From Candidatus Multivoradales bacterium (GTDB lineage Bacteria; Acidobacteriota; Thermoanaerobaculia; Multivoradales; JAHEKO01), in the NCBI GenBank assembly GCA_965223855.1, contig CBDCXM010000009.1, positions 1,824,001 through 1,888,000 on the forward strand: DNA of 64,000 nt, in the 5' to 3' direction. Under the pieces are notes generated by a model. The model was not told where the DNA came from and ran no database searches. It saw only the letters and a list, made by a program, of their open reading frames with translations. Numbering within the stretch: the stretch's first letter is position 1; every line of letters begins with the position of its first letter. Both the position numbers and the translations under genes were made by a program. Positions 39,387-49,233 of this stretch are shown piece after piece.

Positions 39387-41810
39387 TCAGGGACTCGGCG
39401 AGCCGACCGGTGGAGGCGTGACCGGCCGTGCCGTGCCTGCGCCGAATCGCAGCTCGTAGCGCGCGCCGGTCGCGAGCCGCCCGAACCGCTCGCTACTGCC
39501 GTCGGGCCACAGCACCTCGACCTCGACGGAACTGCGCTCTCCCACACCAATATGCACCGAGCCGGCGCGATGACTGAGGTAGCCGCCGCCTCCCGAGACC
39601 GCGCGCCAGGCAGCGAAGCCATCGTCGTCCGTGACGAGGAGCTGCGCACCGATGGCGTCTAGGTTGACGCCGCGCTCGGGCGCGCCCACCAGGTCGAACA
39701 ACAGCCACGATCTCTCGCCGTGCGGCAGCTCGTTGCGGAACAGGCGCGCCTCGGCGTGGAAGGTGCTGACCGCCAGGTCGGGATCGCCGTCGAGGTCGTA
39801 GTCGACGCTCACGGCTCCGCGGGAGTTGTACCCCTGGAGCGCCAGGGCGGTCGCCACCGGCTCGAAGTCGAGCGGCTCGTCCCGGCGCAGCAGCAGGTTG
39901 GCTTCGCGACTGTTGTTGATCGGATAGGTCCTTCCGCTGCCGTCGGGATGGAGGCGGTCCTGCGTGAAGGTGAGGTAGTCGGTGAAGCCGTTGGCGACGA
40001 ACAGGTCCTCGTCGCCGTCGAGGTCGTAGTCGAGGAACTCGCCCGCCCAGGCCCAGCCGGTGTCGTGGGAGAGAAACTCGGAGTCCTCGAAGCGCCGATA
40101 GGTCGGAGGAGACTCCGGCGGGTCTCCGGGGGTCGCAGGGCCGGAGAGCAGCAGGGTGTTGGTCTCGATGGGGCTCTCCTCGATCGGATCCCAGACCCAG
40201 ATATTGGTGACGAAGACGTCGGGCTTGCGATCGCCGTCGAGGTCGGCGAACGACACGTTCATCCCGTGATGGCGATCGTCGGCCCCCGCCTGCTCGCCGA
40301 TCGATTCGAAGCGACCCTTGCCGTCGTTGAGGAGCAGGGCGTTGCGACCGAAGTCGTTGGCGACGTAGAGGTCCTGGTCACCGTCGAGATCGAGGTCCGC
40401 GTGCGAGAGCGCCTGCGCCCAGCCGGTGTTGCCGTCGTCGCTCAGGCGCTCGAACCGCATTCCCCCGAGATTGCGGAAGAGCACGTTCGGCTGCGCGTTC
40501 TCAGCGCTACCCCCGGACCACGGATGGTTGCCCTCGAGGTAGTTGCCGAATCGACCGACATAGAGGTCGAGCAGACCGTCGTTGTCGATGTCGACCGCAG
40601 TTGCGGGCCCGCTGATCGAGCCCGCCTCCCCGAGACCGGACTCGGCGGTGACGTCGGTGAAGCCTCCCTGGCCGTCGTTGGCGAACAGCCGGTCGGAGTC
40701 GCGCGCCACGGTGAAGAAGAGGTCGCGATCGCCGTCGTTGTCGAAATCGGCGGCGACCGCCATCCTCGCCTCGCCGTCGAACTCGAGCCCTGCCGCTTGC
40801 GTGCGGTCCTCGAAGGTACCGTCGCCGAGGTTGCGGAACCAGGAGCAGCCGCGCCCGCCGCAGAGGACGAGGTCGGGCCAGCGGTCGCCGTCGAGGTCGG
40901 CGGCCGTCACGCCGCCGCCGCTGAAGGTCGGCGCCAGGGGGCCGAAGCGCCGGAAGCTCGAAAGCCAGTCGCTGGTGACGTGGCGGAAGTCGAGTCCCGC
41001 AGCGGCGGTGACGTCGAGGAAGTCGTCGGCCGCAGGGTCGGGGACGGTAGGCACGATCTCGCTCGCATCGGCGGCGACGATCGTTCGCGCCGCGGCGCGC
41101 AGGTGCCGGGTGGCGACGTGAGGCTCCAGCTCGCTTCGCGCATGGAGACCAGCGAGACGCAGGACCAGGAGCGCGTAGGCGTTGACGCCGTCGTGAAGCC
41201 GCTCGAGGGCGGCGTCCGACAGGGGCCGCGGATCGCCGGCAGGGTAGAGGGCCCCCTCGTCGAGATCGGACAGGGCGCGCCAGGCGACGCCGGTGGCGGC
41301 GAACGACTCGAGGTCGATCGTCTCGACCGCGAGGCGGCCTGCCGGCGGCGCCGCGGGAAAGAAGATCAGCTCACCGAACTCGTTCGCCGAAGCCGGCAGC
41401 GAGTGGGCGAGGAGGCCGGCGACGAAGTCGGGAGTGACCACCCCCAACCCGGTCTGTCGCGCGCCTTCCTCCAGCGCCTGGAGGAAGCCGGCCGCGACCT
41501 GAGCGGTGATGCGGTGGAGCGTCCCGAGGAGTCGCCGGAACTCCGCCTGGTCCGTCGGCATCGGGTAGCGGGCCCAGTAGCGCGACAGGTTGCGCAGCAG
41601 GAGAGCCTCCGGGGAGTCCGAGAGCCGGGGATCTTCGGCCGCCCGCTCGAGCCGCTCGAGAGAGCGGCCCGAGATCGAGCCGGCGACCGGCTCCGCCACG
41701 CCCGATGCCTCTGTCGGAGTCTGCTGCCCGTGTTGACCGTGCACGCTCGTCGCGGTGACCCCGGCGACGAGCGCGGCGGTCACGACGGCGCGGATGCCGT
41801 CGATGCTCAG
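39387..41810 (-). CDS. Secreted FG-GAP/ASPIC-UnbV protein with helical N-terminal domain
   Basis: DLDGD/DFDNDGD repeats, NLDAIGAQL, GGGYLS, VHIGVG, VLWPDG. Start uncertain (CTG 41810 overlapping the upstream stop). Confidence 0.82.
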   Translation of the reverse strand: MSIDGIRAVVTAALVAGVTATSVHGQHGQQTPTEASGVAEPVAGSISGRSLERLERAAEDPRLSDSPEALLLRNLSRYWARYPMPTDQAEFRRLLGTLHRITAQVAAGFLQALEEGARQTGLGVVTPDFVAGLLAHSLPASANEFGELIFFPAAPPAGRLAVETIDLESFAATGVAWRALSDLDEGALYPAGDPRPLSDAALERLHDGVNAYALLVLRLAGLHARSELEPHVATRHLRAAARTIVAADASEIVPTVPDPAADDFLDVTAAAGLDFRHVTSDWLSSFRRFGPLAPTFSGGGVTAADLDGDRWPDLVLCGGRGCSWFRNLGDGTFEDRTQAAGLEFDGEARMAVAADFDNDGDRDLFFTVARDSDRLFANDGQGGFTDVTAESGLGEAGSISGPATAVDIDNDGLLDLYVGRFGNYLEGNHPWSGGSAENAQPNVLFRNLGGMRFERLSDDGNTGWAQALSHADLDLDGDQDLYVANDFGRNALLLNDGKGRFESIGEQAGADDRHHGMNVSFADLDGDRKPDVFVTNIWVWDPIEESPIETNTLLLSGPATPGDPPESPPTYRRFEDSEFLSHDTGWAWAGEFLDYDLDGDEDLFVANGFTDYLTFTQDRLHPDGSGRTYPINNSREANLLLRRDEPLDFEPVATALALQGYNSRGAVSVDYDLDGDPDLAVSTFHAEARLFRNELPHGERSWLLFDLVGAPERGVNLDAIGAQLLVTDDDGFAAWRAVSGGGGYLSHRAGSVHIGVGERSSVEVEVLWPDGSSERFGRLATGARYELRFGAGTARPVTPPPVGSPSP

Positions 41811-43761
41811 GGCTCCGTGATCTCGATGATCGACGATATCTCGAGCCCCTCGGTCACCTCCTGCCGCTCGCCGGACGGCCACTCCACGATCACGCGCTCG
41901 ACGGTGTCGGCGCCGCCGAGTCCGAAGTAGAGCGGCAGGGAACTCTGCGAGAGATAGCCGGACTTGCCGTCATGGGTCTCGGTGAAACTGCCGCCTCCCG
42001 CTTCCACCGTGACCCGCGCGCCGAGGCCGTCCCGATTCGACCGGGTGCCGATGAGTCGCACCTTGAGGAAGCGGATGTCCGCACGCTCGCTCAGGTTGCT
42101 CACGAGCACCTGCGGTCGGTCGTTGAACTCGCCGGTGACGATGTCGAGGTCGCCGTCGTCGTCGAAGTCGATCAGGAGTGAGCTGCGGGTGCCGACGTTG
42201 CCCATCACCACGTACTGGCCGCGCCTGGAGGCGCACATCAGATGCGGTGCGTCGGCGCCCTGGCAGTCGATCGTGAACCACGGCTTCTTGGTGACGAGGA
42301 ACGGCATCCGTGGGTCGAACCACTCCCGCTCCACGAGCCTCGCGCGGGCTCGACCCCGAGGATGAACTCGCTGTCGAGAAAGCGCTCGCCGCGGTTGTTG
42401 ATCAGCACGCTGTTGACGCCGTAGTGGTAGGGGAAGTTCATGCTCGAAGCGATGAAGACGTCGTCCCACCCGTCGGCGTTGAGGTCGTCGACGCTCACCC
42501 CCCACGGCCAGTAGTTCTCGGCTCCGATGGCGTCGGACACCTCGGCGAACGAGCCGTCCGGCTGGCGCTCGTAGAAGGCGTTGCCGAAGATGTTGTTGTC
42601 GCCGCCCTGAAGGGTCGCGTCGTCCCACTGCATGAGGGACTTGTACTTCTCGTACCCCGGCGTCACCTTGCGGCTCATGTCGGAGTGCATGTCGGTCAGG
42701 ATGAGGTCCTCACGTCCGTCGCGGTTGTAGTCGAAGAACTTGATCCCCATCGTTCCCCACGGGGTCTTGGGGAAGTAGTCGGCGGTGCGGTCGACGAAAC
42801 GCCGGCCCTCGACGTTCTCGAAGTACTGATCGTCGCCCTGCATGTTGAGCAGGTAGAGATCCTGGTACCCGTCGCCGTTCAGGTCGGTGAGACTGGCGTC
42901 GCCGCTCCAGATTCCGGTCGCGAGGCCGGCCGCCTCGGTCACGTCCTCGAAGCGGCCGTCTCCGAGGTTGCGGTAGAGGATCGACGCCTCCGTCCGGCTC
43001 TCGACGAGGTGTCCGGAGAACGCGTCCTTCTCCGGGTGGTCGGTCGGGATTCCGGCCCAGTACCCGGTGTTGGTCATCTGATCGACGGTGTACTTGCCGA
43101 CGTTGGTGACGAAGAGGTCGAGAAGGCCGTCGTTGTCGTAGTCGAAGAACATCGGCGCCGAGGAGTGCCCGACATGTTCGACACCCGCCTCGGCCGTGAC
43201 GTCGCGAAACCGCCCGTTGCCGTCGTTCTCGAAGAGTGCGTTCCCCATCCGTACCGTGGTGACGACGAGGTCGGGATCGCCGTCGTTGTCGTAATCGGCG
43301 AAGGCGGCACCGGCTCCCAGCCGATCGGCCAGCGCGACGTCGGCGCTGCCCGGCGCGAGCTCGAAGCGCCCGCCACCGAGATTGCGCCACAGTTCGTTGG
43401 CTCCCAGCTGGTTGACGAAGAAGATGTCGAGTCGCCCGTCGCCGTCGATGTCGGCACTGACCAGAGAGTTGCCGTGGTCGTAGTGATTGGGCTGGTAGAA
43501 CTTGCCCGAGTCGGGCGTGCTCCTGTGCTCGAAGGTGATCCCGCTCTCCGGCTGGCGCTCGGCGAAGGTGAAGTCGACGTTGACGTCGAACTGGTCGATC
43601 GTCTGCTTCTGGGCCCACTCGCGCACCTCGAGCATCTCCCAACCCCAGTCGTTCTCGGGGACGGCGACGACGGTGGGCCCCTGTCCCCGAACGGGGGCCG
43701 GGCCTGCGACGGCGAAGGCGAAAGCCGGCACCGCCAAGATCCAGTTGATCCTGGTTCTCAT
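41807..43761 (-). pseudogene. CRTAC1-like FG-GAP/ASPIC-UnbV protein split by a 1-nt frameshift near 42347 (pseudogene or sequence error)
   Basis: Similarity to the paralogues at 59599 and 61853 switches from ORF 42238..43761 to ORF 41807..42628 at LGVEP. Confidence 0.8.
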
Positions 43762-44033
43762 TCTCTGTTCTCCCTGCTGTCGGAGGCGATACGGGTGAGT
43801 CGGCAGCTCGAGCCGCGCGCGAAGGGACGCGGAGCCCGAAAAGCCTGCTGCCAGCAGGATGCTAGCACGGCATCCGACAGCGAGCTTTCGGGAAGTGCGG
43901 GGCCTCGTGAAGCGTTGTACAGGCGGGCGGAGGCCGCCATGCGGACTGCTAGGATGCACCCTGTCGCAGGCGCAAGGTCCGGGACGGTCCGCGGTTCGAA
44001 GACCCTGCCGCCCTCTGCCCATCGGAGCTGATC

Positions 44034-45803
44034 TTGCACGCGAGTCTTCATCGTCCTCAGCGAGCGCCGGAACGACCCTCGTTTCGCCCTCTGGGTGGAG
44101 CTGTCGTTGCGATTCTGTTGCTCGCCTTTCCCGCCGGCGCGAGCGAGCCGCAGTGGGTCGACGGCAGCGGTGAGACGGCACTCGACTTCGTGCACTTCAA
44201 CGGCATGACCGGCGAGCTCTATTTCTCGGAGATCATGGGGTCGGGCGTCGCGCTTCTAGACTACGACGGCGACGGCGACCTCGACAGCTACTGGGTACAG
44301 GGGGCGATGCTCGAGCCGGGGGACGACCAGGCGACGGCGCTGATCCCTCGGCGCGGCGTCGCGGGAGACCGCCTGCTGCGCAACGACCGGCTCGACGACG
44401 GAGGCCTGCGCTGGACCGACGTCACCGCGGCGAGCGGCCTGGCCGCCGAGGGCAACGGCATGGGGGTGGCGGTCGGAGACGTCGATGGTGACGGAGTTCC
44501 GGATCTCTACGTCACCAACCTCGGTGCGAACCAGCTCTGGCGCAACCGCGGAGACGGCAGCTTCGAGGACCGCACCCGACCGGCCGCCGTCGGCGACCGG
44601 CGCTGGGGGGTCTCCGCTTCGTTCTCCGACTACGACGGTGACGGCCGGCTCGACCTCTATGTCGGCAACTACGTCGGCTTCCGCCGCGCGGTGCACAAGG
44701 AGTGCCTCTCACCGACGGGCATCGCCGACTACTGCGGCCCGCTCTCCTACGAGGCGGAGCCGGACGTCCTCTACCGCAACGTCGGCGACGGCACCTTCGA
44801 AGACGTGACGCAGCGCAGCGGACTCGCGGCAGCCGGCGACGGCAGCACCCTGGGAGTGATCGCGGCCGACTTCGACGGCGACGGTTCGACCGACTTCTAC
44901 ACCGCCAACGATCAGGTGCCCAACCGGCTGTGGCTGCAGCTCGAGCCGGGGAGCTTCCTCGACGACGCGATGGTCACCGGCACCGCCGTCAACGAGGAGG
45001 GGCAGCCTGAGGCGAGCATGGGGCTCGTCGCCGCCGACTTCGACCACGACGGGTCGATCGACCTCTTCCTTTCCCATCTGACTCGGGAGACCAACACCCT
45101 CTACCTCAACGACGGCAACGGCGTGTTCCGCGATTCGACCCGGGACAGTGGGCTCGGCCTGTCGAGCTGGCAGGCGACCGGCTTCGGCGTCGGAGTGCTC
45201 GACGCCGACCTCGACGGCCTCCTCGACCTCTTCATCACCAACGGCGCGGTTCGTCGCCTGCCCGAGCTGGTCGCCGCCGGCGACGCATTTCCCCTGCGCC
45301 AGCCCGATCTTTTCTATCGCAACGTCGGCGCGGGCAGCTTCGAGGACGTGAGCGAGGCTTCCGGTGTCCTCGCTCTCCCGACCGAGGTGGGAAGAGGGGT
45401 GGCGGTCGGCGATATCGACAACGACGGCGATCCCGATCTCGCCGTCTCCAACAACTCGGGGCCGGGACTCTTTCTGCGCAACGAGACCACGGTCGGGAAC
45501 TCGTGGGTCGGCTGCCGGCTGCTCGACAGGACCGGTGCGACGACGCTGGGTAGTACGGTCGAGGCCCGGCGGTCGGGCTTCGTTGCCCGGACGACCAGCC
45601 GCACCGACGGCAGCTACGCCTCGGCGAACGACGCGCGGACCCTGCTGGGCCTCGGTTCGGACGAGGGGCCGCACGAACTGGAGATCGGGTTCCCCTCCGG
45701 TCGGCGTCTCAGGGTGAGGAAGGCCCCAACGGCCCGCTGGCTCACCTTCGACGGCGCCTCGCCCGGCGTTTTCGCAGACGGCGCGGTCGAGGCCGCGCAG
45801 TGA
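44034..45803 (+). CDS. CRTAC1-like FG-GAP/ASPIC-UnbV protein
   Basis: Signal-like segment, DYDGDGDLD repeats, EASMG, DGSYASAND..LLGLG. Start approximate. Confidence 0.85.
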   Translation: MHASLHRPQRAPERPSFRPLGGAVVAILLLAFPAGASEPQWVDGSGETALDFVHFNGMTGELYFSEIMGSGVALLDYDGDGDLDSYWVQGAMLEPGDDQATALIPRRGVAGDRLLRNDRLDDGGLRWTDVTAASGLAAEGNGMGVAVGDVDGDGVPDLYVTNLGANQLWRNRGDGSFEDRTRPAAVGDRRWGVSASFSDYDGDGRLDLYVGNYVGFRRAVHKECLSPTGIADYCGPLSYEAEPDVLYRNVGDGTFEDVTQRSGLAAAGDGSTLGVIAADFDGDGSTDFYTANDQVPNRLWLQLEPGSFLDDAMVTGTAVNEEGQPEASMGLVAADFDHDGSIDLFLSHLTRETNTLYLNDGNGVFRDSTRDSGLGLSSWQATGFGVGVLDADLDGLLDLFITNGAVRRLPELVAAGDAFPLRQPDLFYRNVGAGSFEDVSEASGVLALPTEVGRGVAVGDIDNDGDPDLAVSNNSGPGLFLRNETTVGNSWVGCRLLDRTGATTLGSTVEARRSGFVARTTSRTDGSYASANDARTLLGLGSDEGPHELEIGFPSGRRLRVRKAPTARWLTFDGASPGVFADGAVEAAQ

Positions 45804-47590
45804 GCGATGGCCGCAAAGGCCTCGCCCGGGGTCTGCTCGTGACGGTCGGAATCCTCGCAGCGGCGGTGGCGCCGGCTCGGGAGACGGTCCGGGAGCTCGA
45901 AGAAGCCGATTTTCCGGGATCGGGCGTCCCGCAACCACCGCTCGACTCACTGGAGCCGGAGGTGCGTCGGCACCTCGACGAGGCGATGGAGCGGGTGGCT
46001 GCCGCCGGGGAGAACCCGGAACTTCTTCCAGAGGCGCTCGGAGCTCTCGGTCAGGTCTACTACCTCTACGATTTCACCGAGTCGGCGCGAGCCGCCTTCG
46101 AGGCCGCGGCCTCGGAGGCTTCCGATGACTTCCGCTGGCACTACTACCTGGGTGCGCTGGCGAGGCTCGACGGGCTTCTCGAGGCCGCCGTCGCTCATCT
46201 CGAGCGGGCGCTCGAGCTGCAGCCGGACGATGTGCCGGCGCTGACGCGCCTCGCCGACGTGCGGCTCGAGCTGGGCGAGCGGGAGAGGGCACGCGAACTC
46301 TACCTGCGCGCCGAGGCGCTCGAGCCGGGGAGCGCAGCCGTCCAGTACGGGCTCGGCCGGATCGCCGAGTACGAGGGCGAGCACGAGAGGGCGATCGAGC
46401 GGTTCGAGCGAGCCCTCGCGCTCCAGCCGGCGGCGACATCGGTGCACTACCGGTTGGGTCTCGCTCATCGGGAGCTCGGTAACCGCGAGGAGGCGCGGCG
46501 CCAGATGAGCCTCAACCGCGGCGATCGGGTTCGCATGCAGGATCCGTTGATCGACGCCATCGGGGCGCTGGTGCAGGGGGGCGAGGTGTACTTCCGAGCC
46601 GGCGTCGAAGCGTCGAAGCGCGGGGAGTTCGAGGAGGCGATCGCGCTCTTCCGCCGGGCCGAAGAGGAGTCGCCCGAGGACGCGCAGGTGCAGTACAACC
46701 TCTCGCTGGCGCTGGGCAGGCTGGAACGGCACAGGGAGGCGCAGGCGGCGCTCGAGCGGGCGATCGAGATCGATCCCGAGTTTCGCAACGCGCACTTCAA
46801 TCTCGGTCTGGCGCTCGCCGAACAGGGCGACCTCGCAGGGGCGGAACGGCACTTCGGCACTGCGCATCGGATCGATCCCGAAGACGTCGACTCTCATCTC
46901 GAGTGGGCGACCGCGCTGGCGCTTCTCGGACGTCGCCCGGAAGCGATCGCCGAGCTCGAGGAGCTGGTCACCCGGGTGCCGGGGGCGGCCGCGGCGCACG
47001 AGCGGCTCGGCCGGCTGCTCGACGGTGTCGGCAGGTCCGAGGCGGCGCTGGACCACCTCGCGACCGCGGTCGAGCTCGAACCGGAACGGATCGAAGCGCG
47101 ATCGACCCTCGCGACCCTTCTGGGCCGCCAGGGGCGCTTCCTCGAGGCCGCCGCGCAGTTCGAGGCCGTGATCGAGGAGGACGGCAGTCGGCTCGAGACG
47201 CATTTCGGAGCGGCGATGGCGAGGCTGCTGGGTGACGACGAGGCCGGCGCGAGACAACGTCTGGAAGCGAGCGTCGCGGCGCTACCGGGGACGACCTCTC
47301 TGGAGCATCTGCTCGCCCGGGTGCTGGCGACCGCCGGCTCGGAGGCGGCGCGTGACGGCGAGCGGAGCCTCGAACTGGCGACTTCGGTGATGGGGCGGGA
47401 GAGGACGATCGAGCACGCCCAGACGGTGGCGATGGCGCTCGCCGAACTCGGGCGCTTCGACGAGGCGGCCGCTTTGCAGGAGCAGGTCGTGCAGCAGCTC
47501 GCCGGCGGCGGCGGAGCGACGACTGCACGGCAGAGACTGGACGGATACCGCAGGGGCGAGCCCTGTCGCCGGCCGTGGAGCGGTTCATGA
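45800..47590 (+). CDS. Exported TPR-repeat protein
   Basis: Signal-like N-terminus and many TPRs (WHYYLG, VHYRLGLA, AHFNLGLALA). GTGA overlap with the previous gene. Confidence 0.85.
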   Translation: MSDGRKGLARGLLVTVGILAAAVAPARETVRELEEADFPGSGVPQPPLDSLEPEVRRHLDEAMERVAAAGENPELLPEALGALGQVYYLYDFTESARAAFEAAASEASDDFRWHYYLGALARLDGLLEAAVAHLERALELQPDDVPALTRLADVRLELGERERARELYLRAEALEPGSAAVQYGLGRIAEYEGEHERAIERFERALALQPAATSVHYRLGLAHRELGNREEARRQMSLNRGDRVRMQDPLIDAIGALVQGGEVYFRAGVEASKRGEFEEAIALFRRAEEESPEDAQVQYNLSLALGRLERHREAQAALERAIEIDPEFRNAHFNLGLALAEQGDLAGAERHFGTAHRIDPEDVDSHLEWATALALLGRRPEAIAELEELVTRVPGAAAAHERLGRLLDGVGRSEAALDHLATAVELEPERIEARSTLATLLGRQGRFLEAAAQFEAVIEEDGSRLETHFGAAMARLLGDDEAGARQRLEASVAALPGTTSLEHLLARVLATAGSEAARDGERSLELATSVMGRERTIEHAQTVAMALAELGRFDEAAALQEQVVQQLAGGGGATTARQRLDGYRRGEPCRRPWSGS

Positions 47591-49233
47591 TCGCCGGCCG
47601 TTGCTCTTCGAGCCGCCTCCTTCTCATCGCTGGTCTCGCCCTGGCCGGCGAGGCCCGGGGTGACGACGCCTGGTTTCGCGACGCCGCCGAGGAGTGGGGA
47701 GTGGAGTTCCGGCATCACCACGGCGGCTCCGGTCGCCGCTACATGGTGGAGACGATGTCCGGAGGGGTGGCGATCGTCGACTATGACGGCGACGGCGATC
47801 TCGATCTCTTCTTCGTCGACGGCGGCGTTCTACCCGGCTACGAGGGGGAGGCGCCGAGCTCCCGGCTGTTGAGGAACGACGGCGGGCGCTTCGTCGACGT
47901 GACCGAGGGATCCGGCCTGGAGGTCGCCGGATACGGGATGGGTGTGGCGGTCGGCGATGCCGACGGCGACGGCCGGGTCGATCTCTACGTGACGGCCTAC
48001 GGTGCCAATCAGCTCTTCCGCAACCGCGGCGACGGCAGCTTCGAGGACGTCTCGGAGACGAGCGGGCTGGCGGATCCTCTGTGGTCCGCCTCCGCGGCGT
48101 TCGTCGACGCCGACCTCGACGGCGACCTCGACCTCTACGTCGGCAACTATCTCGACTTCGATCTCGAGAAGCATCGCGAGTGCCGCGACGCCAACAACGG
48201 CGAGCCGATCTACTGTCCGCCCAAGACCTATCCGGGGGTTCCCGATCGGTTCTATCGCAACGACGGGGGCGGGGTGTTCACCTCTGCGCGCGAGGAAGCG
48301 GGGTTGGTGCCGTCCGAGAACATGGCGGCTCTGGGCGTGGTCGTCGGCGACGTCGACGTCGACGGCTGGCCCGATCTCTACATTGCCAACGACGAGGAGC
48401 CGAATCTGCTCTTTCTCGCAAGGGGAGGCGGCCGATTCGAGGACCAGGGGCTGCTCTCGGGCAGCGCGCTGAGCGAGCGGGGCTCCGTCGAGGCCGGCAT
48501 GGGGGTCGATCTGGGCGACATCGACGGCGACGGCCTGCCCGACATCGTCGTCACCAACTTCGAGAAGGAGTCGAACGGTCTCTACCGCAACCTGGGGGGC
48601 GGTCTCTTCATCGACCAACGCTACCCGGCCAACATCGCGGAGTCGTCGCTCCTGATGCTCGGCTTTGGAGTCGCCCTCGCCGATCTCGACCACGACCGCG
48701 ACCTCGATCTGCTGATTGGCAACGGTCACGTGCGTGACAACGCCGACGACTTCGGAGACAGCAGCTACGCGCAGCGCAACCAGGTGCTCGTCAACGACGG
48801 CAGGGGTCGCTTCACCGAGGTGCCCCAGCCCGGATTCGGCCCGCCGCGGGTGACCCGCGGCCTGGCGTACGGTGATCTCGATCGCGACGGTGACCTCGAC
48901 TTCGTTGCGGTGAGCTCCAACGACCGGGCCGAAGCGCTCGAGAACCTGGCGGCGAACGGCGACTGGCTGCAGATCGACCTCGTCGGCGCGGGTGCAAATC
49001 CTCAGGCGCTGGGCGCTCGACTCGTGCTGCACCTGGACGGAGAAGCGATCCATCGCGAAGTGCGGACGACCGCGTCCTACCTGTCGCAGAACTCGAATGT
49101 CGTGCACTATGGCCTCGGTGATTCGGAGGTCGCCGACCGGGTCGACGTCACCTGGCCTCGAGGGCAGCGGCAGCGACTCGTCGCCCTGCCTTCGAACCGG
49201 TTCGTGCGCCTCTCGGAGACTCGATCGAAGTGA
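47587..49233 (+). CDS. CRTAC1-like FG-GAP/ASPIC-UnbV protein
   Basis: Signal peptide, DxDGDG repeats, EAGMG, SYLSQ..VHYGLG..VTWP. Confidence 0.88.
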   Translation: MIAGRCSSSRLLLIAGLALAGEARGDDAWFRDAAEEWGVEFRHHHGGSGRRYMVETMSGGVAIVDYDGDGDLDLFFVDGGVLPGYEGEAPSSRLLRNDGGRFVDVTEGSGLEVAGYGMGVAVGDADGDGRVDLYVTAYGANQLFRNRGDGSFEDVSETSGLADPLWSASAAFVDADLDGDLDLYVGNYLDFDLEKHRECRDANNGEPIYCPPKTYPGVPDRFYRNDGGGVFTSAREEAGLVPSENMAALGVVVGDVDVDGWPDLYIANDEEPNLLFLARGGGRFEDQGLLSGSALSERGSVEAGMGVDLGDIDGDGLPDIVVTNFEKESNGLYRNLGGGLFIDQRYPANIAESSLLMLGFGVALADLDHDRDLDLLIGNGHVRDNADDFGDSSYAQRNQVLVNDGRGRFTEVPQPGFGPPRVTRGLAYGDLDRDGDLDFVAVSSNDRAEALENLAANGDWLQIDLVGAGANPQALGARLVLHLDGEAIHREVRTTASYLSQNSNVVHYGLGDSEVADRVDVTWPRGQRQRLVALPSNRFVRLSETRSK

